Assembly (NCBI GenBank): GCA_951406725.2
Contig: OX597818.1
Coordinates: 44,888,001-44,952,000 of the forward strand
Direction of reading: 5' to 3'
DNA from: Octopus vulgaris
Taxonomy: Eukaryota
Length of the DNA stretch: 64,000 nucleotides
This document shows, one piece after another, positions 53,339-64,000 of this stretch (position 1 is its first letter; each line of letters begins with the position of its first letter). A model generated the notes under the pieces. That model was not told the DNA's origin and did not search any database. It worked only from the letters and a program-made list of their open reading frames with translations. A program made the translations under genes and the position numbers.

Positions 53339-53708
53339 TAGGAGTGGCTGTGTGGTAAGTAGCTTGCTAACGACCACATGGTTCCGGGTTCAGTCCCACT
53401 GCGTGGCACCTCGGGCAAGTGTCTTCTACTATAGCCTCGGACCGGCCAAAGCCTTGTGAGTGGATTTGGTAGATGGAAATATATATATATTTATGTGTGT
53501 GTGTGTGTGTGTATGTATATGTTTGTGTGTCTATGTATGTCCCCCCAACATCGCTTGACAACTGATGCTGGTGTGTGCTGATTAGCGATTCGGCAAAAGA
53601 GACCGATAGAATAAGTACTAGGCTTACAAAGAATAAGTCCTGGGGTTGATTTGCTTGACTAAAGGCCACAGTCAAATGACTGAAACAAGTAAAAGAGAAT
53701 AAAGAGAG
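53339..53708 (+). mobile_element. tRNA-SINE family A
   Basis: Copy with small internal deletions. Confidence 0.85.
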
Positions 53709-55326
53709 TTGTGAAACCCTTCTGATTTAAACTCCTCTTTATCTCATGGTAAGAAGAAGTTGTGGTGCACACAGGGTTTCTAAGAGCATCTTTTGAATGT
53801 AGCTTTGGTAATGTTGTATGTGGAGTTATATGTAATGTCCAATATTTGCAGCTACTTTGACAGTTTTAATCATGTGTTGATCATGACTTGAAGGCAAATT
53901 ATAAGGCTGATTCCTTTGTTGTGTCTTAGTGCTGTAAAAAATTAGACTAGATTATTATGCTTTGTTGAAGGATGTTATTAATATCTCTGGCCATGGAGTC
54001 AGTGTATGGTCGACATGAAGAGTATATATTGCATGGAGTTGATGCTTGTGTCAAAGTATAAAAAAATGAGGGTAATATCACTTCAATAGGTGTGTTTGTA
54101 ATTAGGAGTGACAGCAAATAGGTCGTGATGTGGTGAAAGAAGAGAGAAACATTACGAAACAGTAGTGTAGACTGGTGGGAATAAAATGTTGATAAGTAGT
54201 AATCTGACAAGAAGATTCCAGTCCAAAAAAGGGGAATGAGATGTAGACATGGAAAGAACTTTCTCATACTTTGCTGGTGTTAAATGCAACAACATTTCAT
54301 TTGCAGAAGGAAAGGAAGTCTTTGATGGATTTGGTTCTGCAGAAAGTATAAGATTGCCAAGGTGATGAAAGAGTTAAACTTTGTCCATCACGTTTTAGAT
54401 GTTGGAAATGCAAGTTATAGGCTGTAAATTTGTTGTTACAGAAATATTGCACTTTTGGGAGTCATGAAAGCATTTTAGTGTGTTTCCAAGTCTTGCATTG
54501 ATCACTGAAGAAATAATGGAAATGAAGTCTGATAAAGATAGAAAATAGCTCTGGAACAGATTACTTGTGAGTGATGAACAAGATGTTATCATAAAATGGT
54601 CAGTTTGTTGGATTGGAGGGGTCAGAAGTACTTTTGTTTATGATGACTGTGTTCATGGTGATGAGATAACATGGCGAGGGGGTATGCGAGGGGGCAGTTT
54701 TGTTGAATCTGCTCAGTACAGAGTTGGGGGTGAAGTAAGCAGCAAATACAGAAATTTTGCAATGGAAGTATGGGAGTACCATTTTTGGATCAGTGGTGAA
54801 TAGAAGAAATGAAACAATCCAAACCTAGAAGAAAATCATTGAATGGTTAAAAACAACGTTTTACTTTAATAAAAACACAGCTAATGAATATAATTATAAT
54901 AGCAATTAGTTTTCCCTGCACAGGTGTGCTACTATTATTAATATAACTTGAAGGCACAATACCATTTTCACTGGAATATTTCATCTTAATAATATCAATT
55001 TTTCAATAAATAAAAGCAAAAAATTCTCATGTAACTAAGACTAAAGACAACAAGCAAGCTTCTACATGGTCATTTGGTTTTGTAGAAATAGAAACCAAAT
55101 CTCCTTCATATCACATCCTACCATCCTAAAATGGTAGTAATACTAGTTAATGCAGTGTTCAAGATTTGCTATTGTTTAAAAAAAATATGGTATGATATGA
55201 TTACATCTGGAATATCTTTGATAACAGGTTTTCTCAATCAGGTCTTACCCAGGGTGAAAGAACATTAACAAGAACAACAATAAAATATCGATAATAACTT
55301 CAATGTATATAAAATGATAATCTTAC

Positions 55327-55500
55327 GAGCTCCATTAACTCAGCATTAATATCTGCAGGATAATTGAACTGATATGGCTGTTGTTGAAGGCTAAGAACGT
55401 CTTGGCTCATGGAACGGATAAAAAACGAAACATCTAATTGGGGGTTGACTTGGTGACAGACTTTTAGTAAATCGTCAAACCTTCGATGTCGTTCAGTCGC
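55327..55500 (-). CDS. Exon (174 nt, phase 0-0) of the same gene; ATERHRRFDDLLKVCHQVNPQLDVSFFIRSMSQDVLSLQQQPYQFNYPADINAELMEL
   Basis: Acceptor tttctttcag and donor gtaaga. The 'V-N-P-x-x-D-x-x-x-F...PYQF' pattern resembles the end of F-BAR domains. Confidence 0.9.
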
Positions 55501-56061
55501 CTGAAAGAAATGCAAAACAAATTGAACTTCTGTGTCATTAAATGCATTTATTAATGCAAAAAGTTTTAATGGAAACCTGAAATTGGAATTTAAATAACTC
55601 GGATGGCCTTGTTCGAAACAAAACTAATAAAAGAGAATTTACAGGATAAATCTTATAAGAGTGAGGAATAAAGTTTCAATTAATCAGTTCTTCAATTTTG
55701 CTTCAATAAATGTCTGATTTATTGTTAATAAGATTACAATGACCTGTAGAATTGACCTCATGTTTAAACTAGCCGTACTAATGACATTTAATATCTGATA
55801 CTATTAACCCAATGTGTAAACTCTATGTATATATTTACAATATTTACATTACGTTATGATTAGTTTAATTTTGTGTCATCATCAGCTGTCTCACTGTTGT
55901 GTTATAGATCAGCTGTCTCACTGTTGTGTCAATGATCTCATAGATATGAATATGAGTTTAGAAATAAAGATTCCTAGTTCAAATTTAGCCTAAGTCTATG
56001 TGCACATTCTGGAATCAGACATCCAATGTTCAGGGATCAAATTGATATAAATGTAATGCAG

Positions 56062-56122
<61 letters not shown>

Positions 56123-56124
<2 letters not shown>

Positions 56125-56775
56125 ATCATCATCATCATCGTTGTCGTCGTTTAGCATCCAGCCTCCATGCTAGTATGGGTTGGATGGTCTGACATGGAAC
56201 TGGCTAGCAAAGAGCCATCTGGACTCCAACTGTCTGTTGTGGAATGGTTTCTATGGCTGGATGCTTTTCGTAATGCCAACCACTTAATAGAGCATGCTAG
56301 GTGCTTTTTATGTGATACCATCACGTGTGCATTTATACACCACTGGTACAGGGGCATTAACACAGCACCGGCACAGGTGCTTTTTAAGTGGCACCAGCAC
56401 CTGAAAGGACAAGCCTGTATGGATGGAAGACAGCGATTTTATTTAGCTTACCATGACTTATAAAGTACAGCAAATTACCACATCTCCCAGTCCCTTGTCA
56501 TTTTCTCAGTGATGCCCAGCATCTGAAGATCCTTTCTCACCACTTCATCCTATGTCTTCTCGAGTTTACTCCTTTCACAGGTACCCTCCACAATTAAAGC
56601 TTGGCACTTCTTTATGCAGCTGTCCTCATCCATACACATCACATGACCAAACCAGTGCAGTTTTCTCTCTTGCACACAACATCTGATGTCTCTTATACAC
56701 AATTTTCTTCTTAAATCCTTTACTCTCTGTTGTGCATGCACACAGACATTGCCCATCCAGCAGAGCATGCCAATA
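56123..56775 (-). mobile_element. RTE-type LINE 3' end
   Basis: LRRKLCIRDIRCCVQERKLHWFGHVMCMDEDSCIKKCQALIVEGTC plus (GAT)n tail. Confidence 0.85.
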
Positions 56776-57841
56776 TTGTAAACATACATTCTACAGATAA
56801 AGCAAAATAATCTGGGATATTATAGACATATTCATTTTGTTTTGATACCCAGCTGAAACCAATTCCTTCACTAATGCAAATCCTCTCTGGAAAATTACGG
56901 ACATGAAAGTATCTTATTTTGTCAACAAAAATTCAGGTCTTCATAACTAGTCATAAGAGATCAATTATAGCACATTTATGAAATTAGTTATTATCATGAT
57001 ATGATTCATCAATAACATCTAACAGATGTACTAAAATACTTGGTTTCTCAGATTTGTCTTGTAGTTTGACTTTGTGTCATGTTTTGCATTCTATATATCC
57101 CAATGGGGCTTTGTTATGCAGCCAAATCTTGCAACTGTATCTGGCCTCTTGGAACATTAATTCTGAAAAGTAATTGTTTTCTTTGAAGAAGAAAAGAAAT
57201 TATTTGGCTGAATTATTTTTACCAGTTTTAAGTTTTGAATCCGTCAAATCCTCTGCAGATATTTAGGAAGATACATAGCTTAGACTGCCAAGTTGTTAAG
57301 AATAGAGACCAAACATTTTTTGTGAATTGTCTTACATGCTACCAAAAGAAAAAATTATTTCTAATCTGTTAAACACCATAAAGTTGGAGCTGAGTAGCAC
57401 CATGTAAGAACTCCTTCAGGATTATACCAGATGAATTTACTGTAAGCACCACACACAGAATGCAAATTGTATATTCTAAATTTTAGAAGGATGTTTCCTG
57501 GTAATAATAATAACAAAAATCTATCAATTCTCTCAAGTCCTAGACTACTAAAGATGTCAGTCTTGGTGGGTGAAAATGTCTCTCTTCACACTTGTATTTA
57601 ATTTCACTTAGTTTGAGAACCAATGTCTGTGCATTATTTTGGAACACAACCCTTAAACTTAGTAATTGCTTTTGAGCTGTATCAATGACAGATAAAGATA
57701 TCAAAACGTCTGCAGACAATGGAAAAAATTCCAACAATATTGTATAATTAATGTTAACTACATTTGAAGCTTTGTTTTGTGCTTTACATTAATAAAGATA
57801 ATGGGAAAGAAGAAAAGAAAAACCTTTTCATAAAGCAATAT

Positions 57842-58165
57842 AGATGCGGATAGCTGTGTGAAAAAGTGCCACACCCTAGTGGTTGAGAGAACCTGTGGAA
57901 GAGGTAGGCCCAGGAACACCTGAGATGAGGTGGTGAAGCATGACCTTCGAACATTGGGCCTCACCGAGGTAATGACTAGTGACCGGGACCTTTGGAAATA
58001 TGCTGTGCTTGAGAAGACTCGGTAAGCCAAGTGGGACCATAACCTTGTGGCCTATGCCAGGGGTGTAACCAGCCCACTTACATAATGCATACCTTTCCTT
58101 CATTGGACACTAAACTCTGCTTGCGAAGACCTGTTGAGGCAATCGAAATCGAAATCAAATTCGAA
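57842..58165 (+). mobile_element. RTE-type LINE fragment
   Basis: Homologous to 20646-20830. Confidence 0.8.
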
Positions 58166-58569
58166 GCTAAACTTCACTTTGAATAAACTTTCTTAGTGAA
58201 AAAGTTGAAATGTTACAAAAAAAAATCCAACTTGATTTAGTTTTCTAATCCCTTTATTTAATTACATTTTTTCCTCCACAGTTATATTTGTGCATAAATT
58301 TGGAAAACATATCTCTGACTAAAATTCACTAATTGTTCATTAGCTGTATCATAAAGTATAAGATATCAGAATATGCATCTAGAGATGAGGAGAATTAAGG
58401 GGAAGGTAATAATGATTCCAAATTTTGGCACAAGGAAGCAATTTGGGATCTGGAGAAAGTCAAAAACATTGACCCCCAGCTCTCACTTGGTACTCTTCTT
58501 TTTCCCAAGGCAGAAGAAACCTATATATCTGAAGATTTGCCAAAAAAAATGAAGTTATTAAAATCTTAC

Positions 58570-58650
58570 TTTATTTAGAAGAACAAGAGCATGACTCTCA
58601 ATGGCAGCTTTGATTGTATTACACGTGTCGATGTGAATCTCTTCAAGTTC
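58570..58650 (-). CDS. Exon (81 nt, phase 0-0) of a BAR/F-BAR-like adaptor gene, tentatively STAC-like; ELEEIHIDTCNTIKAAIESHALVLLNK
   Basis: Acceptor tgttttgcag and donor gtaaga. Open amphipathic helical frame that joins in frame to 55327-55500. Confidence 0.85.
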
Positions 58651-59351
58651 CTGCAAAACAGAAAAAGAAAAATTAAGAACCCAAACTCACTGATATTGAT
58701 GTCATAACATTTCCCATTTGACTCTGTCGGGCTGTATTCTTGGTATACCAAATATTTCAAATTTGATATTCTGCTAATCTGTCTAAATACCAGAAATCTT
58801 TTTACTTGTTTCAGTGATTAGACTGTGGCCATGCAAGAACACCACCTTGAAGAATCTTAGTCAAACAAATCAATGCTAGTATTTAATTCATTTCTAAAGC
58901 TTGGTACTTATTCTATCGGTCTTTTTTGCTAAACCATCAAGTTACAGGGATGTGGGGATTGAACCTGAAACAATGTGGTTGGGAAGAAAATTTCTTACCA
59001 TACAGCCAGGGAAAACTCTGTTAAAACAAGATCAAACAGAAAGAAAAATGGTCAATTGGAATTAAGATTTGTTGTCATTGCAGTATTAGATCATCTACAA
59101 GTGTCTACTTAGAGATAAAGTGTTCTTAAGAAATATTATCCTCTTTCTTTTTTTTTTTTTGCTTGGTTTTAAGCTATGAAGCAAAGCTCCCTACAGCCAA
59201 GTGTGACTGGAGAGGAAAGGCAAAGGAGTAAGATGTTCATAACGGCAGAAATAGTGCAGGAATTAGAATACTGTGATGAAGATGAATTGGAATTCAGTGA
59301 AATCTATCCTGAAGATGATTTAGATTTAAGTTGATGAGGTTTGTTCTTTTT

Positions 59352-59738
59352 TTTATTCTTTTATTTGCTTCAGTCATTTGACTGTAGCCATGCTGGAGCA
59401 CTTCCTTTAGTCAAACAAATCAACCGAAGGACTTATTCTTTGTAAGCCTAGTACTTATTCTATCAGTCTCTTTTGCTGGACTGCTAAGTTACAGGGATGT
59501 AAGCAAACCAACATCAGTTGTCAAGCAATGGTGGTGGGACAAACACAGGCACACAAAAATTCACACACACACACATATATATACAATGGGCTTCTTTCAG
59601 TTTCCATTGACCAAATCCACTCACAAGGCTTTGAGGCTATAGTAGAAGACACTTGCCCAAGGTGCCATGCAGTGGGACTGAACCTGGAGCCATGTGGTTG
59701 TTAAGCAAGGTACTTACCACACAGCCACTTTTGCACCT
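59352..59738 (-). mobile_element. tRNA-SINE family A
   Basis: Inverted copy. Confidence 0.8.
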
Positions 59739-60514
59739 AAAAGTTTTGAAGTTGAAAATAAAACAGGGACTGCTACATTTTGCAGGTATGTGTTGGGCCA
59801 CATGGAGGCATGGTGGATGAGTTTCTTTTGAGCATTGGGCCACATGGAGGCAAAGTGGCCAAGTTCCTTTTGAGTGTTGGGCTTCATGGAGGCAATAACT
59901 GATACCTTTGGCATTATGTCGTGCTTGAGAAGAAGACCCATCAGGCCAAGCAAAATCGCAATTGTGGAAAATAACAGTGTCACCCAAATAGCATCCATGC
60001 TGGTGGGATGTAAAAGCACCTATTATACTCTCAGAGTGGTTGGCATTAGGGAGGGCATCCAGCTGTAGAAAACCATGCCAAATCAGACTGGAGTCTGGTG
60101 CAGCCTTCCAGCATGCCAGCCCAGTAAAACCATCCAACCCATTCCAGCATGGACAACAGGCGTTAAATTATGATGATGATGATGATGGTGTATGCGGGAG
60201 ACAGTTTGGCACAGCCAATTTTGGCATCACCTACTTGGCATCACTGATTCAATGCTAACTTAGTTGACATCAGACGTTTTACTGTTTATCTTATTTTAAC
60301 AATTCTTGCTTCCTCTAATGTAGCAAGCTGACAGAATTGGAAGCGTGTTCAGCAAAATGCTTAGCAGCATTTCATCTACCTTTCATTCTGAGTTCAAATC
60401 CTGCCAAGGTTGACTTTGACCTTCATCATTTCAGGGTCAATAATATAAGTACCAGTTACATACTGGGGTCATTGTAATTGAATTAGCCCTTCCCTGAAAA
60501 CTTTTGGCCTTGTG

Positions 60515-60754
60515 CTGGTATCATGATAAATGTAGTGTGGCAGTGAGTTGGCAGAAGTGTTACCAAGCCAGGCGAAATGCTTAGTGGTATTTTGTCTGCC
60601 GCTACGTTCTGAGTTCAAATTCTGCCGAGGTCGACTTTGCCTTTCATCCTTTCGGGGTCGATTAAATAAGTACCAGTTACGCACTGGAGTCGATATAATC
60701 GACTTAATCCGCTAGTCTGTCCTTGTTTGTTCTTTCTGTGTTTAGCCCCTTGTG
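60515..60754 (+). repeat. 240-bp local duplicate of 61492-61731
   Basis: One visible mismatch (taccag/tacgag). Includes non-SINE flank. Confidence 0.9.
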
Positions 60755-61514
60755 CCAAACTTTGAAATCAATATCTCCTCGCTGACTCTCTCTCTCTCTT
60801 TCTGTCTACTTCTCTCTCTCTCTCAGCCTCTCACTCTGCTTTTCTCTCTCTCTATGTGTGTGAGCATGTGTATGAGAAAAGGGAATGTGTTTATCTCAAT
60901 TGTGTTTAATTAATAAACTGTAATCACTCTCTCTCTCTCTCTCTCCCTCACTCTGTATGTGTATGTGTGTGTGTGTATGTGTGTGTGTGTGTGTGTGTGT
61001 ATTCAGCACCAAAAATTTATGCCACCAAAACAGGCAGAATGTCTAGCGAGCAGTGCCAAATCTGCTCATTCTGGTATTTTGCAAACCAAAGGACAAAACG
61101 AAATATCATAAAATAAAAAAGAAGGGAAGGATAATACACCAGAGTGCAACACTAGAATTAGACTGAAGACTTGTCGATTTTAAGCAAAATCCAATGGTTC
61201 CATTTTTCTGTCAAGTTGTTTTCAATAAATTTCTTTCTGTTGCTAGAATTTGCATTTCAGAAAGTATTGAATGTGGATGTCAGGTTCAGATGTGGGTTAT
61301 GTCCCTTCAAGCTACAAATTGCATTATTCCTTTTATCTCTTTCTCCTCCTTATCTATATTTTCCATACAAAATGAATATTTGTGGCTTCCTAGCTGCAGT
61401 CAATAAAGTTTACAGAGGTGAAAATTTATTCTAAAACAAAATTGGTCTATGTTTAGGAAATTCAGAATCTGAAAATATAACCTCACCAGTACTGGTATCA
61501 TGATAAATGTAGTG

Positions 61515-61917
61515 TGGCAGTGAGTTGGCAGAAGTGTTACCAAGCCAGGCGAAATGCTTAGTGGTATTTTGTCTGCCGCTACGTTCTGAGTTCAAATTCT
61601 GCCGAGGTCGACTTTGCCTTTCATCCTTTCGGGGTCGATTAAATAAGTACGAGTTACGCACTGGAGTCGATATAATCGACTTAATCCGCTAGTCTGTCCT
61701 TGTTTGTTCTTTCTGTGTTTAGCCCCTTGTGGGTAGTAAAGAAATAGGTATTTTGTCTGCTGTTACATTCTGAGTTCAAATTCCACTGAGATCAACTTTG
61801 CCTTTCATCCTTTCGAGGTCAATTAAATAAGTACCACTTACGCACTGGGGTCGATGCAATTGACTTAATCCATTTGTCTGACCTCGTTTGTCCCCTCTAT
61901 GTTTAGCCCCCTGTGGG

Positions 61918-61921
<4 letters not shown>
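61515..61921 (+). mobile_element. SINE family B partial dimer inserted into the head of a SINE A copy (61966-62372)
   Basis: 15-bp TSD ataaatgtagtgtgg at 61503-61517 and 61960-61974. Confidence 0.8.
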
Positions 61922-61965
<44 letters not shown>

Positions 61966-62599
61966 GTAGTGTGGTAAGAAGTTTGCTTCCTAACTACATG
62001 GTTCTAGGTTCAGTCCCACTGTGTGGCACCTTGAGCAAATGCCTTCTACTATAGCCTCAGGCCAATCAAAGCCTTGTCAGTGGATTTTGTAGATGGAAAT
62101 TAAAATAAGAAGCGCATCATATGTATGTGTGTGTTTGTGTGTGTGTGTTTTGATCTGTGTTTGTTGCCCGACACTGCTGGACAACTGGTGTTGGTGTGTT
62201 TACATCCCCATAACTTAGCGGTTCTGCAAAGAGACTGATAGAATGAGTACCAGGGTTAAGAAAAAAAATTAATAAGTACTGTAGTCGATTAATTCGACTT
62301 AAATTATTCAAGGCAGTGCTCCAGTATGGCCATGCCCTAATGAGTGAAACAAATTAAAAGTAAAGAATATAAGGTAGAAGACAAGAGGATGCAAGCATGA
62401 TCAGAATGATGAGAATGAGCGCAGCTGTTTGGATGCTGGTGATTTGACATAGGTGACTGGATGTTGGGCCTGATTTGGTGCCGGAGGTAAACACCCCTGC
62501 ACACATACACACATATGCACACACACACACACATGCATGCATATACATACACACGTGCATGCACAGTAATATATATATATACAGACAATCAAATCATAT

Positions 62600-63197
62600 A
62601 TCCGTATCCGCTGCCAGCCTCGTCTGGCACCCGTGTCGATGATACATAAAAGCACCGTCCGTTCGTGGCCGTTTGCCAGCTCTGTCTGCCCCCGTGTCGG
62701 TGACACGTAAAAGCACCATCCGCTCGTGTTCGTTGCCAGCCTCGGCTGGCCCCTGTGCCGGTGACACGTAAAAGCACCATCCGTTCGTGTTCGTTGCCAG
62801 CCTCGGCTGGCCCCCGTGCCAGTGACACGTAAAAGCACCGTCCGTTCGTGGCCGTTTGCCAGCTCTGTCTGGCCCCGTGTCGGTGGCACGTAAAAGCACC
62901 ATCCGCTCGTGTTCATTGCCAGCCTCGGCAGGCCCCGTGCCGGTGACACGTAAAAGCACCATCCGTTCGTGGCCGTTGTGCCAGCTCTGTCTGGCACCTG
63001 TGCAGGTGGCACGTAAAAAACACCCACTACACTCGCAGAGTGGTTGGCGTTAGGAAGGGCATCCAACCGTAGAAACACTGCCAAATCTGACTGGGCCTGA
63101 TGAAGCCTTCCGGCTTCACAGACCCCAGTTAAACCGTCCAACCCATGATAGCATGGAAAACGGACGCTAAATGATGATGATGATGATGATGATGATG
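62600..63197 (+). mobile_element. RTE-type 3' UTR with an expanded tandem array of about 61 bp (about 7 units)
   Basis: acgtaaaagcacc-like anchors near 62645, 62705, 62766, 62827, 62888, 62948 and 63011, then the conserved tail and (GAT)n. Confidence 0.85.
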
Positions 63198-63313
63198 AAA
63201 GAGAGGGATGTAGAGAAAGAGGGAAAGAAAGAAAGAAAGAGAGAGGGTGAGGGAGAGAGAGAAAGAGAGGGGCAGAAAACAAGAAAGACTTTAAAATGTC
63301 TGATGTTAAATAA

Positions 63314-63708
63314 GTGGCTGTGTGGTCTGTGGCTTGTTTACCAACCTCATGTTTCTGTGTTCAGTCCCACTGCATGGCACTTTGGGCAAGTGTCTTCTGC
63401 TATAGCCTTAGGCCGACCAAAGCTTTGTGAGTGGATTTGGTAGACGGAAACTGGAAGAAGCCCGTTGTATATATGTATATATATGTGTGTGTATATGTTT
63501 GTGTGTCTATGTTTGTCCCCCCAACATCGCTTGATAACAAATACTGGTGTGTTTACGTCCCCGTAACTTAGCGGTTCGGCAAAAGAGACCGATAGAATAA
63601 GTACTAGGCTTACAATGAATGAGTCTTGGGGTTGATTTGCTTGACTAAAGGCAGTGCTCCAACATGGCCACAGTCAAATGACTCAAACAAGTAAAAGAGT
63701 ACAGAGTA
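63314..63708 (+). mobile_element. tRNA-SINE family A
   Basis: Near-consensus copy. Confidence 0.85.
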
Positions 63709-64000
63709 AGTCAAGTACTAATCTAATTTTCAACAGTTACTAAAATTATAAGGAAATTTTGAAAAAGATTATACAACTCTTTATTCCTCACACTAATGAA
63801 TATCATAGAAATATCTATGTTTGCTGGAGTGTTCAGCCAAAGTCTGACATTTACATATTGCTGAGTAAAGTATTTCCACAGTTCTGTATACCTCCAGTTG
63901 CTAATTGATTGATTTAATGTGAAATGAAAGACAAAAGTACATCATTTGTCATCTAGACAAACTGTGGCAAGCAGAGTTATCTGCCTTGAATTAGAACACA

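Noticed and set aside
53710-54830. Unique-looking, higher-complexity stretch with several short ORFs
   Set aside because: Probably a heavily decayed retroelement, but no motif could be read with confidence. The same applies to 34140-35000 and 44400-45060.
57540-57737. Minus-strand ORF between two real exons
   Set aside because: Phase-1 acceptors are incompatible with the phase-0 intron, there is no good donor, and the flanking exons join directly.
62600-63030. CRISPR-like repeat/spacer appearance and 293-aa ORF
   Set aside because: The 'spacers' are two related variants, there are no cas genes, and the context is a eukaryotic LINE UTR. The ORF results from the GC-rich tandem repeat.

Overview
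AT-rich, microsatellite-dense animal genomic DNA. The SINE and RTE families look cephalopod (probably Octopus; inference). Almost all of the window is intron of one large minus-strand gene. Three canonical GT-AG exons (58570-58650, 55327-55500, 52102-52253) splice in frame into a BAR/F-BAR-like helical region, tentatively an invertebrate STAC-like adaptor. Five small symmetric phase-2 exons follow over about 33 kb (42962-43006, 30966-31013, 22582-22647, 17621-17683, 10375-10437) and encode a Ser/Arg-rich disordered insert. The rest is transposon-derived: at least four tRNA-SINE families, RTE-type LINE 3' ends, R4/Dong-like and CRE-like relics, a mariner relic, a Helitron with a RepHel fragment, non-autonomous Helitrons, hAT and piggyBac MITEs, and Penelope-like fragments with degenerate hammerhead-ribozyme motifs. 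Most ORFs in the supplied track are microsatellite or SINE artefacts. No CRISPR or prokaryotic system is present. Repeat boundaries are approximate and family names come from motif recognition, not database searches.
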